From: Candidatus Bathyarchaeia archaeon
Lineage (GTDB): Archaea > Thermoproteota > CALKCG01 > B24
Length of the DNA: 64,000 nucleotides
Direction of reading: 5' to 3'
NCBI GenBank assembly: GCA_038870975.1
Contig: JAVZJD010000001.1
Coordinates: 160,001-224,000 of the forward strand
Below are positions 59,364 through 64,000 of this stretch, piece after piece. Position 1 is the first letter of the stretch. Each line of letters starts with the position of its first letter. The notes beneath the pieces were generated by a model. That model was not told the DNA's origin. It saw nothing but the letters and a program-made list of their open reading frames with translations, and ran no database searches. The translations under genes were made by a program, and so were the position numbers.

Positions 59364-59996
59364 TTAACCGCTTCGCTTAATTTGTTTCAATATTGTCTTA
59401 TAATGTTCTTCATCTAATACGCCTAATTGGTAGAGGATTTTTGAAGCCTCTGTTATGGTTAACAGACTGAAAAGCCTTATACCCGATTTATCAAGAGCCT
59501 CTTTTCCACCCTCTTCTCTATCTATTAAGACCACCGCTTTATCTACAATACCACCTTCAGCTCTAACTATAGATGCTGCTCTGAGGATACTTTTACCCGT
59601 TGTTATAAGGTCATCTATAAAAATGACCCTATCTCCAGAATTCAAAACTCCTTCTATGTTTCTACCTGTGCCGTGGGCCTTTGCTTCTTCTCTCACATAG
59701 AGAAATGGCTTTTCAACCCTGAAGGCTATGACAGAAGCGAAAGGTATACCGGCTGTAGGTATGCCAGCTATTCTATCAAAGTTGTCTAGGCCTATACTTT
59801 CCTCGACCATCCTCACGTATATGTCACTTATTTTTTTAAATGCTTCAACATGACTTGGTATAAGCCTTAGATCGATATAGTATGGACTTATTTTACCACT
59901 TGTAAGTTTGAAAACTCCAAACTTCAAAGCTCCAAGTCTAACCAGTACATTGCAGACATATTCTTTGGCTTCGATCTTCCAGCTCAACGTTATCAA
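59364..59996 (-). CDS. pyrE: Orotate phosphoribosyltransferase
   Basis: FKLTSG..SPYYIDLR, FIDDLITTG PRPP motif, IDREEGG. Confidence 0.95.
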   Translation of the reverse strand: MITLSWKIEAKEYVCNVLVRLGALKFGVFKLTSGKISPYYIDLRLIPSHVEAFKKISDIYVRMVEESIGLDNFDRIAGIPTAGIPFASVIAFRVEKPFLYVREEAKAHGTGRNIEGVLNSGDRVIFIDDLITTGKSILRAASIVRAEGGIVDKAVVLIDREEGGKEALDKSGIRLFSLLTITEASKILYQLGVLDEEHYKTILKQIKRSG

Positions 59997-60129
59997 ACTA
60001 GAAGATAGCTAGAAATACTAAATAAACTTAGTACCTTCTTTAGCATCTCAAAGACCATGATGCCCCTAGACTTCAGATAGTGTGGGAAAAAGAAGTTTAG
60101 AATGCTGTATTAAATGCATTTGACGGTCA

Positions 60130-60918
60130 TTAAATTAGACTTTTCAGGTATTTTACACACTTTGGAAGTTCTTTTTCTGGGTCTCCTGGAATTCCACATT
60201 CAAGAGCCATATAGTTCTTATAACCTATTTTCTTCAACGCGGCAAAACTAGATTTGAAGTCTGTATGCCCGTATCCTGGTAATAGACGGTTACTATCTGC
60301 TAGATGTACATGGAGTATGTATCCAGCTGCATCCTCAATACTCCTAGCCAAATCAGCTTCCTCGATGTTCATGTGAAAGAAGTCAGCCATTATCTTCACA
60401 TAGTCTCTCCCAGAGGCTTTACATATGTCAACTGCCTGTTGAAGCCTATTGATGAAGTGGGTTTCGTAACGATTTAAAGGCTCTAAAAGGATATAAGAAC
60501 CGACTTCTTCAGCGTAATCACCAAGTATCTTACATTCTTCTATTAAAACCTGCCTCTCGATATCCCTGACATTCGGATACCACGGATATAAATCTGAGAT
60601 TTTAGGTCCATTAAATGTCGGTACAGTTATAACACCAACACCTCCAAGCTCGGCACAAAGCCTAAGTCTCTCCTTTAACCCCTCAATAGCAATCTCCCGC
60701 GTCCGACGGTCAGCTCCTAATAAATCTCCACCATATCCTGCGCAGACGGTTGAAAGTCTAACCTTTGAAGTACTTAACGCATCTTTGACTTCCTTAAGTC
60801 TCTGAGGTAAGTCACTCCCCCATACTTCTAAACCCTCAAAGCCATATACTTCTATCTTAGCAAGCTTTTCAATTAATGTTTTGCCTGGAGCTAAATTCTC
60901 CTGAATAGCCAACTTCAT
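60130..60918 (-). CDS. Sugar phosphate isomerase/epimerase (xylose-isomerase-like TIM barrel)
   Basis: EPLNRYE, DFFHMNIEE, HVHLADSNR..PG.GH, ALEC. Confidence 0.85.
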   Translation of the reverse strand: MKLAIQENLAPGKTLIEKLAKIEVYGFEGLEVWGSDLPQRLKEVKDALSTSKVRLSTVCAGYGGDLLGADRRTREIAIEGLKERLRLCAELGGVGVITVPTFNGPKISDLYPWYPNVRDIERQVLIEECKILGDYAEEVGSYILLEPLNRYETHFINRLQQAVDICKASGRDYVKIMADFFHMNIEEADLARSIEDAAGYILHVHLADSNRLLPGYGHTDFKSSFAALKKIGYKNYMALECGIPGDPEKELPKCVKYLKSLI

Positions 60919-61189
60919 ATTAACACCATAACTTAATTAAAAGCAGGGATTTATTTAAAATAAACTAAATATACTTCCATACGTACCATCATTTCAACAA
61001 TTGGACACCAACATGTTAGAATATTTGGAGCGGGTTAGGAGATACTCTCGTGCACATCCATCACCTATATAAATAAAATCTGCTTTTTTAAGACATTCCC
61101 ACAGTTTTTCAAATGAGGGGGCAAAATTTCCATAAAATAGAATTAAAACCTAGATCATCTCCCCAGTTTTGTGAATAAAATTGTATGAC

Positions 61190-62242
61190 TTATCTCTTGA
61201 CTGGGTATCTTCCGTATTTTTCAGCTACGATATACATGGTTAATGCGTTTTCAGGAGGTACATACCTGGTTAATACGTTTGTTGTACTCAATATGTACCC
61301 TCCTCCTGGTGCTATTTCCCTTATCAATCTTTTAACCTCCGCTTTAACTTCTTCCGACGCCCCTAAGGGGAGTAGGTAGTCTAAGTCTAGGTTACCCATT
61401 AGGCATATGCGGTCTCCCCACTTCATCTTTATGGAAACTATATCTACACCAGCATTGGGTTGTAGGCTGTGCAACCCATCAAATCCCATATTTACAATAG
61501 CCTCTAAAAGGGGTGTTACATTTCCATCGCAGTGGAATACAATAGGTAAACTGAGCTTATGAGCCAATTTCACTTCTTGAGCTAGATATGGGAATACGAA
61601 CTCCCGTAGGTGGTTTAGAGATATGAATGGACCTTTATCGTAGGCTAGATCGTCGCCTAGAAGTATTACATGCGCACCTGAGTCTGCATACAGCTTTATA
61701 ACCTCTAGCTCGAATCTACATACCTCTTCAACCACTCTTCTGAGCAAATGCGGATGCTTATATAGTGCTTTCACGTAGTTTTCCAAGCCCATTAACGGGT
61801 ATACCGAATCAAAAGCCCCACCCACTTGAGCGAAAACACAGAAATCTGTCCTTTCAGACCATAATCTGACGCTATCTGCTTTGTACAATGAAATATCTGG
61901 CATCTTGAAATCTTTAAAATCCTCAGGATTTGCGAGTCCATGCTTTAAATATGTTCTCGTCTTTCCACTTTCCACCCATTCATTGCCAAAATAGTCTCTG
62001 TATACTGGATAGCCTTTCTCAGTTTTACCGATTACCTCAACTTTAGGTCCACCATTAAGCCCCACGTTTACTAAATCCATCTTCAACAGCTTTCTCACTT
62101 TAATATGCGCTTCAAACCAGTTTCTCAACGGTTCATTCAAAAGGGCGGATACGAGTTCATCGTGTATTTGAAGCTCACCCTTTGGTACTTTATCTGGTTC
62201 CTCAATACTTAAAGCCTTATAAACTCTCTCAACCTTATCCAT
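61190..62242 (-). CDS. Uroporphyrinogen-decarboxylase (URO-D/MtaA-like) superfamily protein
   Basis: EPD.VP, GDDLA...GP..S, FHCDGN, MGNLD, GGGYILS. Confidence 0.82.
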   Translation of the reverse strand: MDKVERVYKALSIEEPDKVPKGELQIHDELVSALLNEPLRNWFEAHIKVRKLLKMDLVNVGLNGGPKVEVIGKTEKGYPVYRDYFGNEWVESGKTRTYLKHGLANPEDFKDFKMPDISLYKADSVRLWSERTDFCVFAQVGGAFDSVYPLMGLENYVKALYKHPHLLRRVVEEVCRFELEVIKLYADSGAHVILLGDDLAYDKGPFISLNHLREFVFPYLAQEVKLAHKLSLPIVFHCDGNVTPLLEAIVNMGFDGLHSLQPNAGVDIVSIKMKWGDRICLMGNLDLDYLLPLGASEEVKAEVKRLIREIAPGGGYILSTTNVLTRYVPPENALTMYIVAEKYGRYPVKR

Positions 62243-62658
62243 TCAATTCATCACGATAGTCGAATTCTAAAATATGACGTTCTTAAACATTATGTTCTCA
62301 CAGCCTCTGGGGAGATTTATGTTACGAGACGGTTTAAAATACAAATCGTGGCTTTATCAGTATTCTTGGTTTATTCGACTGACTTCTATTGCTATTAGCC
62401 TGCATCTGAGGGAAAAATGAAGGGGGCTTTTGAATCCTATCCACCATAGAAAGACTTCGTAAATTCCATCATAAGCTTAAGCAGACAACAGATAAAAGCC
62501 CACTACTACTCAAGATTTTTTTTAACATCAACGAGTATTATTAGACTAAATAGTGTAGAAACCAAGAACATAACCATTCTTTACCCAATTCCAGACTGGA
62601 ATACGCATAAAATACCCCCTAACATTTTTAAATAACGTTTTTCATAGTCAAAAACAGT

Positions 62659-62756
62659 GCCGGGGTAGCTCAGCGGGCTAGAGCGCCAGACTCATAATCT
62701 GGAGAACCCCGAAGCCCAGGGTCCAGAAGCCGAGGGTTCGAAACCCTCCCCCGGCA
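62659..62756 (+). tRNA. tRNA-Met(CAT), elongator type, with a 24-nt intron (62705-62728) at position 45/46
   Basis: Acceptor GCCGGGG/CCCCGGC + A73; D-arm GCTC/GAGC; anticodon arm CCAGA-CTCATAA-TCTGG; T-arm GAGGG-TTCGAAA-CCCTC; TTTAAATA about 30 nt upstream. Confidence 0.92.
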
Positions 62757-63025
62757 TCATCATATACTTCTGGATGAGCCTACTACGCTCCCAAGTGATC
62801 GCATCCTCTTCCTGAGGGGTAAGAAACCTACGCTAGCATACGTATTTGAAAATAGCCTCTATCGTTGAGCTGTCTTTTAAGGTTTCCGGCAGTTTTGCAG
62901 ATTCATTCTTCCTCCTTTAAACTCCCGATTCGTTGTAAGTGGGTGAACGTATTCTTGATACTCCTATATCCAACGCCTTCATAAAAAGGAGCATACTTTC
63001 TGCGTTATTTATATCCATTATAACT

Positions 63026-63970
63026 TTACTTGCAACTTAGAACAGCGTCTCTAATGGCTCTATGGCTTTCCACTATTGGCGCAGCCGTGTTAACAATATA
63101 TGTTTCCAATGATTGGAAGAATTCTCTGAAGAATTTTCGTCTTATTCTTGCTTTACGTTCGTCTTTCACAAGCAGATGCGGATTGCAAAAGTCGACGGAT
63201 TCTACGTAGCGCAATGCTTCATCTGATGAAAGTCTATCGATTATCAACTTATCTTCTGGATCTCGCTTGAGTAGTATAGCCTTCCTTAGGGTTGTCATAG
63301 GTAGGATTTTCTCTTTCCCAACAATCCATCTTATGTTTACAACAGCCCTACCCATGGAGTCAAACTCCGCCCTATCCACAAGCTTTTGATACTCGTTCCA
63401 AACATTAGCAATATCTGCCTGAATATAGAAGTTCTTCTCAGAGGCGAATGCCACGGCTCTATTACCCATCAAGCGGACAAAGAACCAGTCATCTGAGACT
63501 ACTCGTATACCTTCAAGCCTCAGAAGCCCATACGTATGCGTAGTCTTACCTGTCCCCGATGGAGCGATTAAACACACACCCTGCCCATCTATATCTACAC
63601 ATGCACCATGAACGGAGTTTATGTTATGCTCGTCTTCGAGTATATCTCCCGCAATACTCAAAGCTATAGATTTAATCCAACCATAATAATCTATATTGAT
63701 TAGAAACGCCGTCTTGGAAAGCTGGTCGTATAGAACCTGCTGCCTTTCACCAACATCATCTGTAACCACTAGTCTTCCATGGGAACGGATGCTTGCCGAC
63801 ATTGGATAGAAGCTTTCTTCCCAGCGTTCTTTCACATACCTTATATCTGTTAAGAGCTTAATGCAACATCCATATACATCTGCCTTCTCCTCATAAAGGA
63901 AGCGCTCGCCATATTTCCCCATCAACGCATCTTTCTCTTCAATAGAAATCAACTTAACCTCATACTTCAA
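63026..63970 (-). CDS. HPr-kinase/PEPCK-like P-loop protein
   Basis: HGAC.....G..LIAPSGTGKTT and VSDD motifs. Confidence 0.7.
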   Translation of the reverse strand: MKYEVKLISIEEKDALMGKYGERFLYEEKADVYGCCIKLLTDIRYVKERWEESFYPMSASIRSHGRLVVTDDVGERQQVLYDQLSKTAFLINIDYYGWIKSIALSIAGDILEDEHNINSVHGACVDIDGQGVCLIAPSGTGKTTHTYGLLRLEGIRVVSDDWFFVRLMGNRAVAFASEKNFYIQADIANVWNEYQKLVDRAEFDSMGRAVVNIRWIVGKEKILPMTTLRKAILLKRDPEDKLIIDRLSSDEALRYVESVDFCNPHLLVKDERKARIRRKFFREFFQSLETYIVNTAAPIVESHRAIRDAVLSCK

Positions 63971-64000
63971 CCTTAAACCTCCAATGAACCTGCATAGATT

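Noticed and set aside
62243-62640. Possible decayed membrane-protein gene
   Set aside because: Only short hydrophobic fragments with stops; no recognisable family
62757-63025. Possible pseudogene or integration site downstream of the tRNA
   Set aside because: No integrase and no repeat of the tRNA 3' end in the window; fragments not assignable
1-64000. CRISPR arrays, transposases, selenocysteine/pyrrolysine readthrough
   Set aside because: No regularly spaced repeats, IS genes or conserved ORFs interrupted by in-frame TGA/TAG were seen by eye

Overview
Archaeal chromosomal window (about 39% GC by eye, many TTG/GTG starts, BRE/TATA promoters). Gene content suggests Thermoproteota/TACK, possibly Bathyarchaeia (inference). 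It is mostly housekeeping: nreA, dnaG, aIF-1A, rio1, SRP RNA, pelota, tyrS/pheT/pheS/trpS/aspS, pyrB/pyrE, rpl3-rpl4-rpl23-rpl2 and rps19, and a class III ribonucleotide reductase with an intein. It also has sugar/peptide catabolic genes and two surface-protein + ABC cassettes. Features missed by the ORF track are the most interesting: (i) two K-turn/ANA hairpin RNAs of H/ACA pseudouridylation-guide type between pheT and tyrS, whose pockets match 23S rRNA helix 69 and the peptidyl-transferase loop with unusual geometry; (ii) an aIF-1A gene whose only plausible full-length start is CTG; (iii) a tRNA-Met with a BHB intron at non-canonical position 45/46. Also notable: a stand-alone long NurA + HerA pair splitting the rpl2-rps19 junction, a polyprenol-kinase/PAP2-phosphatase fusion, and an ABC exporter + DUF1854 pair. 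No CRISPR array, transposase or prophage was seen.
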